DNA of 64,000 nt, from assembly GCF_001457815.1 (NCBI RefSeq), contig NZ_LN898221.1:778033-842032 (forward strand). The letters are read 5' to 3'. Every line of letters begins with the position of its first letter. The stretch's first letter is position 1. Below the pieces are notes generated by a model, which did no database searches, was not told where the DNA came from, and saw nothing but the letters and a program-made list of their open reading frames with translations. The translations under genes were made by a program, and so were the position numbers. The DNA comes from Vitreoscilla massiliensis (GTDB taxonomy: Bacteria; Pseudomonadota; Gammaproteobacteria; Burkholderiales; Neisseriaceae). This document shows, in pieces, positions 50,484-59,102 of the stretch.

Positions 50484-52769
50484 ATGAATGCAGCCGCAGC
50501 CGCCGAGCTTAAAGTGACCAAACGCGATGGGCGTTTAGAAGCAATTGATTTGGATAAAATTCACCGTGTCATCACTTGGGCGGCCGAAGGTTTAAGCAAT
50601 GTGTCGGTATCACAAGTGGAACTCAAATCCCACATCCAGTTTTACAACGGTATCCGTACCGACGACATCCATGAAACCATCATCAAAGCTGCTGCCGATT
50701 TGATTTCGACAGACACGCCTGATTACCAGTACTTGGCTGCCCGTTTGGCCATCTTCCATTTGCGCAAAATCGCTTTTGGTCAGTTTGAACCGCCACATTT
50801 GTACGACCATGTTGCCAAACTCACTGCCGATGGCAAATACGATGGGCACATTTTGGCCGATTACTCGCGCGCCGAGTTTGATGAATTGAATGCCGCCATC
50901 GTGCACGACCGCGATTTGACCTTCTCTTACGGTGCGGTCAAACAATTGGAAGGCAAATACTTGGTACAAAACCGCGTCACCCGCGAGTTGTACGAGTCAC
51001 CGCAATTCTTGTACATGTTGGTGGCGATGTGTTTGTTTGCCAAATACCCACAAGACACGCGCTTGGGCTATGTGAAACGCTTTTACGATGCGATTTCTGA
51101 ATTCAAAATCTCGTTGCCTACGCCGATCATGTCGGGTGTGCGCACGCCGTCACGCCAATTCTCATCTTGCGTGTTGATTGAATGTGATGACAGCTTGGAC
51201 AGCATCAACGCTACTGCCTCAGCGATTGTAAAATACGTGTCACAACGCGCAGGCATCGGCATCAATGCCGGTCGCATCCGCGCCTTGGGCAGCGAAATCC
51301 GCGGCGGTGAAGCGCAACACACTGGCTGTATTCCGTTTTATAAATTGTTCCAAACCGCAGTGAAATGCTGCTCACAAGGCGGCGTGCGCGGTGGTGCAGC
51401 GACTTTGTTCTACCCAATGTGGCATTTGGAAGTGGAAAGCCTGTTGGTATTGAAAAACAACCGCGGCGTGGAAGAAAACCGTGTCCGTCACATGGACTAT
51501 GGCGTGCAAATCAACCGCTGTTTGTACCAACGTTTGTTGAAAAACCAAGACATCACCTTGTTCTCACCTTCGGATGTGCCAGGTTTGTACGATGCTTTCT
51601 TTGCCGACCAAGACGAATTTGAACGCTTGTACGAATTGTACGAACAAGACAAGAGCATCCGCCAACGCAAAGTATCGGCGATGGACTTGTTCTCGATGTT
51701 GATGCAAGAGCGCGCCGGTACAGGCCGCATCTACATCCAAAACGTCGACCATTGCAATACCCACAGTCCGTTCAATCCAGCGGTAGCGCCGGTGCGTCAA
51801 TCGAATTTGTGCTTGGAAATTGCCTTGCCAACCAAACCGTTGGACAACGTCAACGACCCAGAAGGCGAAATCGCCTTGTGCACTTTGTCGGCGTTTAACT
51901 TGGGCAAAATCGAAAACATCAGCGACATCGAAGAATGGGCTGAATTGGCCGTGCGTGCCTTGGATGCCTTATTAGACTACCAAGATTACCCTATCGAAGC
52001 AGCGCGCCAAGCAACAATGAACCGCCGCACCTTGGGCATAGGCGTGATTAACTACGCTTACTACTTGGCCAAAAACGGTGTGCGCTATTCCGACGGTTCG
52101 GCTTTGGGCTTGACCCACCGCACCTTTGAAGCGATTCAATACTATTTGTTAAAAGCCTCAGTGAAATTGGCGCAAGAATACGGTGCTTGCCCGAAATTCG
52201 GTGAAACCACATATTCACAAGGCATCTTGCCAATCGACACTTACAAAAAAGATTTGGACGCATTCTGCACCGAACCTTTGCATTTGGATTGGGAAGGCTT
52301 GCGCGCCGACATCGTCAAATACGGTTTGCGCAACTCGACTTTGACCGCCTTGATGCCATCCGAAACCTCTAGCCAAATCTCCAATGCCACCAACGGCATC
52401 GAGCCTCCGCGCGGTTTGGTCACAGTCAAAGCGTCTAAAGACGGCATCTTGAAACAAGTGGTGCCTGAATACGAACGCTTAAAAGGCGATTACGAATTGT
52501 TGTGGCAAATGCCAAACAACGATGGCTATTTGAAACTGGTGGGCGTGATGCAAAAATTCGTCGACCAAGCGATTTCTGCCAACACCAATTACGACCCTAG
52601 CCGCTTTGACGGCGGCAAAGTACCGATGAAGCAATTGATTAAAGACTTGCTCTCGGCTTACAAATATGGCTTGAAAACCTTGTATTACCATAACACCCGC
52701 GACGGTGCCGATGACGTACAACAAGACTTACAAGACGATGGTTGCGCTGGCGGTGCCTGCAAAATCTAA
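50484..52769 (+). CDS. nrdA: Ribonucleotide reductase class Ia alpha subunit
   Basis: 761 aa. ATP-cone, catalytic cysteines, C-terminal CxxC tail. Confidence 0.95.
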   Translation: MNAAAAAELKVTKRDGRLEAIDLDKIHRVITWAAEGLSNVSVSQVELKSHIQFYNGIRTDDIHETIIKAAADLISTDTPDYQYLAARLAIFHLRKIAFGQFEPPHLYDHVAKLTADGKYDGHILADYSRAEFDELNAAIVHDRDLTFSYGAVKQLEGKYLVQNRVTRELYESPQFLYMLVAMCLFAKYPQDTRLGYVKRFYDAISEFKISLPTPIMSGVRTPSRQFSSCVLIECDDSLDSINATASAIVKYVSQRAGIGINAGRIRALGSEIRGGEAQHTGCIPFYKLFQTAVKCCSQGGVRGGAATLFYPMWHLEVESLLVLKNNRGVEENRVRHMDYGVQINRCLYQRLLKNQDITLFSPSDVPGLYDAFFADQDEFERLYELYEQDKSIRQRKVSAMDLFSMLMQERAGTGRIYIQNVDHCNTHSPFNPAVAPVRQSNLCLEIALPTKPLDNVNDPEGEIALCTLSAFNLGKIENISDIEEWAELAVRALDALLDYQDYPIEAARQATMNRRTLGIGVINYAYYLAKNGVRYSDGSALGLTHRTFEAIQYYLLKASVKLAQEYGACPKFGETTYSQGILPIDTYKKDLDAFCTEPLHLDWEGLRADIVKYGLRNSTLTALMPSETSSQISNATNGIEPPRGLVTVKASKDGILKQVVPEYERLKGDYELLWQMPNNDGYLKLVGVMQKFVDQAISANTNYDPSRFDGGKVPMKQLIKDLLSAYKYGLKTLYYHNTRDGADDVQQDLQDDGCAGGACKI

Positions 52770-52780
52770 GTCCTCCTAGG

Positions 52781-52810
52781 TTTACAGGCCGCATACAAGC
52801 GGCCTGTAAG
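52781..52810. terminator. Inverted uptake-motif pair (TTTACAGGCCGCATACAAGCGGCCTGTAAG)
   Basis: Directly after the nrdA stop. Confidence 0.55.
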
Positions 52811-52842
52811 TTCTCAGCCTCAGCGTATATAAAGTAAAGCCC

Positions 52843-53976
52843 ATGAAGTATTCCACTTTCAGCAAGACCCCCAATAACCAATTATTGGAACCGATGTTTT
52901 TCGGTCAATCGGTGAACATTGCCCGTTACGACCAGCAAAAATACGAAATTTTTGAAAAACTGATAGAAAAACAACTGTCGTTTTTCTGGCGCCCAGAAGA
53001 AGTCGACGTGTCACAAGACCGTTTGGACTACAGCAATTTGCCCGAGCATGAAAAACACATTTTCATCAGCAATTTGAAATACCAAACCTTATTGGATTCG
53101 ATTCAAGGCCGCAGCCCTAACGTGGCTTTGTTGCCCATCGTGTCGATACCCGAATTGGAAACGTGGATCGAAACGTGGTCGTTCTCCGAAACCATACACT
53201 CGCGCTCGTATACCCACATCATCCGTAATATTGTGCACGAACCGTCTACCGTGTTTGACGACATCGTGACCAACGAATACATCATTCGCCGCGCCGAAGA
53301 AATCGCCCAATACTACGATGATTTGATTCAAGCCACGCAACACTACCATTTGTTTGGCGAAGGCACGCACCAAGTCGCTGGCGAAACCATCACCGTGTCG
53401 CTGCGCGAACTCAAACGCAAATTGTACCGTTGCATGATGTGCGTCAACGCCTTGGAAGCCATCCGTTTTTATGTGTCGTTCGCCTGCTCGTTTGCCTTTG
53501 CCGAACGCGAATTGATGGAAGGCAATGCCAAAATCATCAAATTGATTGCCCGCGATGAAGCCTTACATCTCACTGGCACGCAACACATTTTGAACCTGTT
53601 GCGCTCAGGCCAAGACGATCCTGAAATGGCCGAAGTGGCTGCTGAATGTGAACAAGACTGTTACGACTTGTTCAAACGCGCCGCCATGCAAGAAAAAGAA
53701 TGGGCCGAATACCTGTTCAAAGACGGTTCTATGATCGGCCTGAATAAAGACATTTTGGGGCAATACATCGAGTACATCACCAATTTGCGCATGATTGCCG
53801 TTGGCTTACAGCCCGCATTTGAAGGCGCCAACCAAAATCCGATTCCGTGGATTAACGCGTGGCTCTCCAGCGACAATGTGCAAGTGGCACCGCAAGAAGT
53901 GGAATTAAGCTCTTACCTCATCGGTCAGATTGATTCTGAATTGTCGGCCGACGACTTAGGCGATTTCGAGCTGTAA
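52843..53976 (+). CDS. nrdB: Ribonucleotide reductase class Ia beta subunit
   Basis: 377 aa. Di-iron ligands and the tyrosyl-radical region. Its stop overlaps the yfaE start (TAATG). Confidence 0.95.
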   Translation: MKYSTFSKTPNNQLLEPMFFGQSVNIARYDQQKYEIFEKLIEKQLSFFWRPEEVDVSQDRLDYSNLPEHEKHIFISNLKYQTLLDSIQGRSPNVALLPIVSIPELETWIETWSFSETIHSRSYTHIIRNIVHEPSTVFDDIVTNEYIIRRAEEIAQYYDDLIQATQHYHLFGEGTHQVAGETITVSLRELKRKLYRCMMCVNALEAIRFYVSFACSFAFAERELMEGNAKIIKLIARDEALHLTGTQHILNLLRSGQDDPEMAEVAAECEQDCYDLFKRAAMQEKEWAEYLFKDGSMIGLNKDILGQYIEYITNLRMIAVGLQPAFEGANQNPIPWINAWLSSDNVQVAPQEVELSSYLIGQIDSELSADDLGDFEL

Positions 53977-54281
53977 TGGCCATCATCACCACTTGCGACA
54001 AATCGTTTGCGCTGCGCGAAAACGAAACTCTGCTTGAAGCCCTAGAGCGCACTGGTCACGATGTCGAATACCAGTGCCGCGAGGGCTATTGCGGCTCATG
54101 TCGCACCAAAATCCTCAAAGGCAGCGTCAGCTACAGCGAGCTGCCACTGGCTTTTGTCGGCTCAGACGAATGCCTGCCCTGCTGCTGCACCGTCACCGAA
54201 GACCTCAGCATCGAGGCTTATGCACGGCAAGAGGAGATGTTTGGGGAAAGAGAGGGGCTGTTGGGGGATTTGTTTGAGTAA
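53976..54281 (+). CDS. yfaE: 2Fe-2S ferredoxin YfaE-like
   Basis: 101 aa. CREGYCGSC...C motifs. Confidence 0.85.
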   Translation: MAIITTCDKSFALRENETLLEALERTGHDVEYQCREGYCGSCRTKILKGSVSYSELPLAFVGSDECLPCCCTVTEDLSIEAYARQEEMFGEREGLLGDLFE

Positions 54282-54316
54282 CACAGTTTACAAAATTAAA
54301 TATATGCAACATTAAG

Positions 54317-54973
54317 TTGACGTTTTTTAAATTTAGCAATAAAATTCATCCATCTCTAGCAGCTTTTGGTATTCAATTTATGTACTCTGTAAACAAATTA
54401 CTAAATATAGATGAATCAATATCTAAAAATTTATGCTCGCTGGTCGAAGCTAGATTGAATGAGTTTGAAAATGTTTACATATCAATGAAACATCTCTGTT
54501 CAACTGAGCAAACTAGAGGTACAGCTCGAGTAGATGTTTTAAATCGTGCAATATCAGACTACGCTGACTCAAATGATTTAGTTCAAATTATCGACCCAAC
54601 TAGCAATTTCATATTTAGAATTAATGGCCACGAGTTTAGGACATTAGTCCATTCACTCCATGCAAATCCTCAAACCAAATTAAGCAAAGTAGCAAAATAT
54701 AATAAAAATGAACTCTTACCTTTTGTTGAATTTGAAAATTCAGTTGAAATTATCACTTGGCTTATAGAAGTTGATGATATTTATTTTGAAGATACTGTTA
54801 ATTTCTCCATCTTTATACGTGGATACAATTTAGAAACTCAAGCAATTGTAGCTGAATATAAATATGTACGAGATGAAATGATTTCTACCCCTGAAATTAC
54901 CACCCCATACTCGCCTTCTCAGCCAGTAGTTGAAATTGATAATCCTATTATCTCGTTAAAAAATAGTAATTAA
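54317..54973 (+). CDS. Hypothetical protein (about 200 aa). Very AT-rich. Start may be TTG at 54317 or ATG at 54380
   Basis: Protein-like, no transmembrane helices. Separated from the next gene by 3 bp. Confidence 0.5.
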   Translation: MTFFKFSNKIHPSLAAFGIQFMYSVNKLLNIDESISKNLCSLVEARLNEFENVYISMKHLCSTEQTRGTARVDVLNRAISDYADSNDLVQIIDPTSNFIFRINGHEFRTLVHSLHANPQTKLSKVAKYNKNELLPFVEFENSVEIITWLIEVDDIYFEDTVNFSIFIRGYNLETQAIVAEYKYVRDEMISTPEITTPYSPSQPVVEIDNPIISLKNSN

Positions 54974-54976
54974 ACC

Positions 54977-56068
54977 ATGTCCATACGCATTCACAATGAG
55001 TTTGATAGCTTTATTCCAAATCGTTTGAGCACTTTAAGGCATGCAAACAAACTTTCACTTGATGAAATTGCTTTGAAATTAGAAATTTCAAAGCAATCCA
55101 TTCATCTTTTTGAAACAGGTCAACGCGAGCCAAGTAAATCACATATTGAACAGTTATCCATTTTATTTGGAGTTAAAACTGATTTTTTTTATAAAACAAA
55201 ACAGTTAAGTGATATTCCATTAGAAAAAGTACATTTTAGAAAATTAAAAAGTACTCCTATTTCTTTAAAAAAAACCACTGTTTCTAAATTAGAGCTAATT
55301 AATTTTATAATTGAGAATTTAGAGAATTATTTAAATCTTCCTAAAATAAATATTCCCTATATTGTAAATGAGCATATTGAAAATATTGCATTACAAGCTC
55401 GTGAGCATTGGAAATTAGGACTAGGCCCTATTTCTAATGTCACTCTACTTGCTGAAAGCAATGGCGCATTTGTATTAGAAATGACAGATATCGATACAAA
55501 AGTTGATGCTCTATCTGTATTTAAAGATAACCAACGCCCATTGATATTAAGAAATACTTCTAAAGAATCTCCTTGCCGAAATAGATTCGATATTGTTCAT
55601 GAGATTGGGCATTTGATTATGCATCGATTTATTGAAACTGGAGACAACCTGACAGAAAGCGAAGCAAATTCGTTTAGTGCGGCATTTCTATTGCCAAAAG
55701 AGATTATGCTTACTGATTTCAGTAGGTATATTTTTAGGCGCAGTCAAATCAATTGGGAGTTTCTTTCAGAATTCAAATTAGAATGGAAAGTCAGTAAAGC
55801 TGCCATTTTATACCGAGCGCACAAATTGAATATTATAAGCGATGCACAGTACAAAAGCGCAGTCATCTCATTAAAACGAAAAGGTGAAGCCATTACAGAA
55901 AAAGAAGATTACTTAATCCAACAAGAAAAACCTATGTTAATCTCACAGTGTATTGATTTATTAACCCCCGACTTACTAAACCAGCTCCTGAATGATATTT
56001 CCATGAATAAATCAGCTTTTTATGAATTAATAAACAAAGATTATAATCATGTAATTCAATTCAAATAA
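54977..56068 (+). CDS. Fusion of an N-terminal HTH-XRE DNA-binding domain and an ImmA/IrrE-type (COG2856, HExxH) zinc metallopeptidase domain
   Basis: LSLDEIALKLEISKQSIHLFETGQREPS is an XRE helix-turn-helix. HEIGHLIMH with a downstream E...F block is the ImmA/IrrE family signature. Confidence 0.8.
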   Translation: MSIRIHNEFDSFIPNRLSTLRHANKLSLDEIALKLEISKQSIHLFETGQREPSKSHIEQLSILFGVKTDFFYKTKQLSDIPLEKVHFRKLKSTPISLKKTTVSKLELINFIIENLENYLNLPKINIPYIVNEHIENIALQAREHWKLGLGPISNVTLLAESNGAFVLEMTDIDTKVDALSVFKDNQRPLILRNTSKESPCRNRFDIVHEIGHLIMHRFIETGDNLTESEANSFSAAFLLPKEIMLTDFSRYIFRRSQINWEFLSEFKLEWKVSKAAILYRAHKLNIISDAQYKSAVISLKRKGEAITEKEDYLIQQEKPMLISQCIDLLTPDLLNQLLNDISMNKSAFYELINKDYNHVIQFK

Positions 56069-56073
56069 CATCT

Positions 56074-56102
56074 GTCCTGTAAACCTTACAGGACGCTTTT
56101 TT
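56074..56102 (+). terminator. Hairpin plus T-run built from a degenerate uptake-like motif (GTCCTGTAAACCTTACAGGAC TTTTTT)
   Basis: Same architecture as the host terminators, but GGCC is replaced by GTCC in both arms. Confidence 0.6.
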
Positions 56103-56161
56103 ACCCATCTCTTACCTAAGTTATTATCTCTATCTAGCATTCCCAATAGAAACCATACTCA

Positions 56162-56437
56162 ATGAATCACTCCTCCAAAGACCCCCTCCACGGCAAGAAG
56201 CTTGCCGATATCTTAGACGAATTGCTGGAATACTATGGCGGCTTTGATGGTCTTAGCCGTGAAATCGACATTCGCTGTTTTTGCATAGACCCGAGCGTGA
56301 AATCGTCGTTGAAATTCTTGCGCACCACGCCATGGGCGCGCGAAAAAGTTGAGAGTTTGTATTTGTATGTGTTGCGCCGCCAAGCGCGTGAGCAAGCACG
56401 TGAGCAAGCGGCCTTGCAGCCACCTGAAGCAGAATAA
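56162..56437 (+). CDS. Small conserved protein (91 aa), possibly DUF2132-like. C-terminal REQAREQA repeat
   Basis: Clean ORF followed by an inverted uptake-motif terminator at 56458..56497. Confidence 0.45.
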   Translation: MNHSSKDPLHGKKLADILDELLEYYGGFDGLSREIDIRCFCIDPSVKSSLKFLRTTPWAREKVESLYLYVLRRQAREQAREQAALQPPEAE

Positions 56438-56592
56438 CACCTCATCGCTATCATCAATGCGGCCTGTAAATCACGTTAAGGATTTACAGGCCGCATTAAG
56501 TCTGTGCGCGAAGATGTGCAGACACGTTGTATGCCCCACTACACAACAATCTGCATCACAATATAGATGATTCCAGCTTACAGGCCGCTTTC

Positions 56593-57300
56593 TTACTCCT
56601 CATTTAAGCGGCCTGTAATGCGCATCCACACATAGCACAGAAACAATACCATATTGTTCAGCAGCCATAAGCGCACCCAAGCAAAGCCCAAGCTGGCAAT
56701 GAGCCAAATGGGATAATGCTCAAGCAGCAACAGCCTCACATTGTCACGGTCCAAGGCAGCACCAGCGGTCGCATGGAGTAAGTCCCGCACATGCGTGAGC
56801 GACATTCCCCAAGCCAAGCCCGTGAACAACAGCAAGCAGAACACGCCGATTATCATGCCCCACCATGCAGAGCCCAACATGATGCTGTGAAAACCATATT
56901 CCATATCATTCTTAAAATCAGCATCGTGTTTGAGCGCAAACAACCATGCGCGCACACTTGCCGGCGCCTGTTTTAACATCCAGAAGCCTATGCCCACACT
57001 CAACAGCAAACTGCCGATAAACGCACTCAAGACATAGTAAGAATACAATTGGCTTAAATCACATTGCCCTGAGCGCACCTGCCATCCCAGCAGTCGATTC
57101 ACGCCTGCAAACACAGTCGTTTCACACTGCGCATAAGCACACAGCCATGCGATGCCTTGCAGCAGCAGCGTGCCCCATAACCACGGTTTGACGATGTGCC
57201 AATGCAGGGTCAGGGTCAGTCGCTGGGAAACAGACATGGCTTTGGTGGTTTTCAGCGGCAGCTTGGGTTTTATCATCGGTATGGTTTGCATCGGAGGCAC
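56593..57300 (-). CDS. Integral membrane protein, paralogue A (tandem duplicate of 57337..58062)
   Basis: About 230 aa, 4-5 transmembrane helices, conserved MIKPKLP...CETxxxxxxNRLxGWQ...CDLS...YVWMRITGRL. An uptake motif is read through at the 3' end, encoding ITGRL. Confidence 0.55.
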   Translation of the reverse strand: MPPMQTIPMIKPKLPLKTTKAMSVSQRLTLTLHWHIVKPWLWGTLLLQGIAWLCAYAQCETTVFAGVNRLLGWQVRSGQCDLSQLYSYYVLSAFIGSLLLSVGIGFWMLKQAPASVRAWLFALKHDADFKNDMEYGFHSIMLGSAWWGMIIGVFCLLLFTGLAWGMSLTHVRDLLHATAGAALDRDNVRLLLLEHYPIWLIASLGFAWVRLWLLNNMVLFLCYVWMRITGRLNEE

Positions 57301-57336
57301 CTATGCGTGGCTATATGACGATATCTTATGAGCAAG

Positions 57337-58062
57337 TTACAGGCCACTTTCATGCGCCTGATGCAAGCGGCCTGTAATGCGCATCCACACATAGCTCAGA
57401 TAGATTACGACATTGGCAAGCAACCATAAGCGCAGCAAACCCATGACGATGTGGATGACAAACCAAGTTGGAAAATAATACTCACTCAGCAACAAACCAA
57501 GGTTGTGGCTGTCGATGGCTGCACCTTCGATGTATCCATACCAAGATTTTGGATAATTTAAAGACGCATCAATGCTGGCCATGGTCAAAAGCAGCCACAT
57601 CATAATGGCCAGCAGCACAGCCAAGCAGCGCATCACTCCATCCCAGCGTCCCCAACCCGACAACCAACCATCAGAGGCATATTCCAAGTTCCGCTTTAAA
57701 TCAGGATCGTGTTTGAACCAAAACAACCATGTGCGCACGGTGGCGGGTGCCACTTTCAGCATCCATATGACGGTGCCCACCCACAACAGCAAGCCCAGCC
57801 TGCCAGCGATGAACACTTGGTAACGCAACAAGTGGCTTAAATCACATAGCCCTGTGTACAGCTGCCAACCCATGAGCCGATTCAAGCACACATGCAGCGC
57901 TGTTTCACACTGCACAAAAGCACACAGCCAAGCGATGCATTGCACCAACACCATGCCCAATAACCATGGCTTGCTTACCCGCCAATGCGTGACCAAAGCC
58001 AGAGAGGTGGCCTTAGGTATGGTTAGTGTGTGGGGTTTAATGGGCAATTTGGGTTTTATCAT
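57337..58062 (-). CDS. Integral membrane protein, paralogue B
   Basis: About 45-50% identity to paralogue A by eye. The same C-terminal embedded uptake motif and duplicated downstream segment. Confidence 0.55.
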   Translation of the reverse strand: MIKPKLPIKPHTLTIPKATSLALVTHWRVSKPWLLGMVLVQCIAWLCAFVQCETALHVCLNRLMGWQLYTGLCDLSHLLRYQVFIAGRLGLLLWVGTVIWMLKVAPATVRTWLFWFKHDPDLKRNLEYASDGWLSGWGRWDGVMRCLAVLLAIMMWLLLTMASIDASLNYPKSWYGYIEGAAIDSHNLGLLLSEYYFPTWFVIHIVMGLLRLWLLANVVIYLSYVWMRITGRLHQAHESGL

Positions 58063-58471
58063 CGGTGTGCTCGGTAGCAGGTATCACGGTGTAGCAGCGA
58101 TATGGCATGGACATGGCTGGCTTAAAAAGCAAGTTACAGGCCGCATTAAACTTAAACAAGAGCACTGCCCAAGCACACGACCAACAATAAGTTTGATTCT
58201 TCCTGAGCCTCATCCTCTGCAGCACAGGCTTATCTTATTGTGTACGGTCGCGGCAGCAGCCACACCCAATACCACAAACTGTTGTTTATTCAACACATTA
58301 ATAACATCATCTGCACACCTACCAGCGCTGAAAACCCAGCCAGATGGGCCTGACATTTCTAGGTTAAACAGTTTATAAAGTTTCCAACTCTAAATTGATT
58401 TGCATCAAACCTTGACCATTTCAGATGCATCAAAATACAGCGTTTCCACAAATAAATCATGAGGATATAAA

Positions 58472-59023
58472 ATGCAATTGCTCGTTAATCCAGCCAGCGA
58501 TGCCGATTTTGCAGAGTTTCTCGGTCACAATGGTTTGGCCAATGATAATGTGGCCTGTTTGAAGGCCTTGGCGCCGTTGGTGGCACCGCACATCCCTGCT
58601 TTAACCGAGTCTTTCTACGAACGCATTTTGGCTTCTGATGCGATGAGTCCGTTCGTAGAGGGACGCGTCGATACTTTAAAGCAAACCCACATGCGTTGGA
58701 TGAACATGTTGTTCAGCGGGCCGTTTGACGCCGAATTCGTCAAAATACACCAACACATCGGTGAAGTGCACTTGCGCCAAAAAATTCCGCCCTTGTTTGT
58801 GTCGGCCAGCGTCGCCTTTTTGCGTGCGGAAATGCCAAAATTATTTACACCTGAATTATTGGCCAATGTCCCACAATACGATTACGCCTTTTGTACCTCA
58901 GCGCTGCTGCGCGTATTGGACACGTGCCAATACCTGATAGACTGCACCTATTACAAAGCCTTGATGGAATTGCTCGGCATCTCGCCACAATTGTTCCTGC
59001 GCTTGATGACCACCACCAAGTAA
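58472..59023 (+). CDS. Stand-alone sensor-globin (protoglobin/globin-coupled-sensor-type) domain protein
   Basis: 183 aa. Colinear with the HemAT sensor domain (FYERIL...TLKQTHMRWMNMLFSG..DAEF..I..IGEVHLR..IP). No transmitter domain attached. Confidence 0.6.
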   Translation: MQLLVNPASDADFAEFLGHNGLANDNVACLKALAPLVAPHIPALTESFYERILASDAMSPFVEGRVDTLKQTHMRWMNMLFSGPFDAEFVKIHQHIGEVHLRQKIPPLFVSASVAFLRAEMPKLFTPELLANVPQYDYAFCTSALLRVLDTCQYLIDCTYYKALMELLGISPQLFLRLMTTTK

Positions 59024-59050
59024 ACCTGCGCTTGCAGTGTTAAGCCATAA

Positions 59051-59082
59051 AAAGCGGCCTGTAAACATTTACAGGCCGCTTT
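59051..59082. terminator. Inverted uptake-motif pair, bidirectional (globin gene + / MFS gene -)
   Basis: AAAGCGGCCTGTAAACATTTACAGGCCGCTTT. Confidence 0.65.
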
Positions 59083-59102
59083 ATTCATGTGCATTCGTAT
59101 TG

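Noticed and set aside
53976-56100. Considered whether the AT-rich module after yfaE is a prophage remnant or IS element
   Set aside because: No integrase, transposase, terminal inverted repeats or target-site duplication visible. Only the two-gene cargo and a terminator. Reported as an acquired module of unknown mobility instead.
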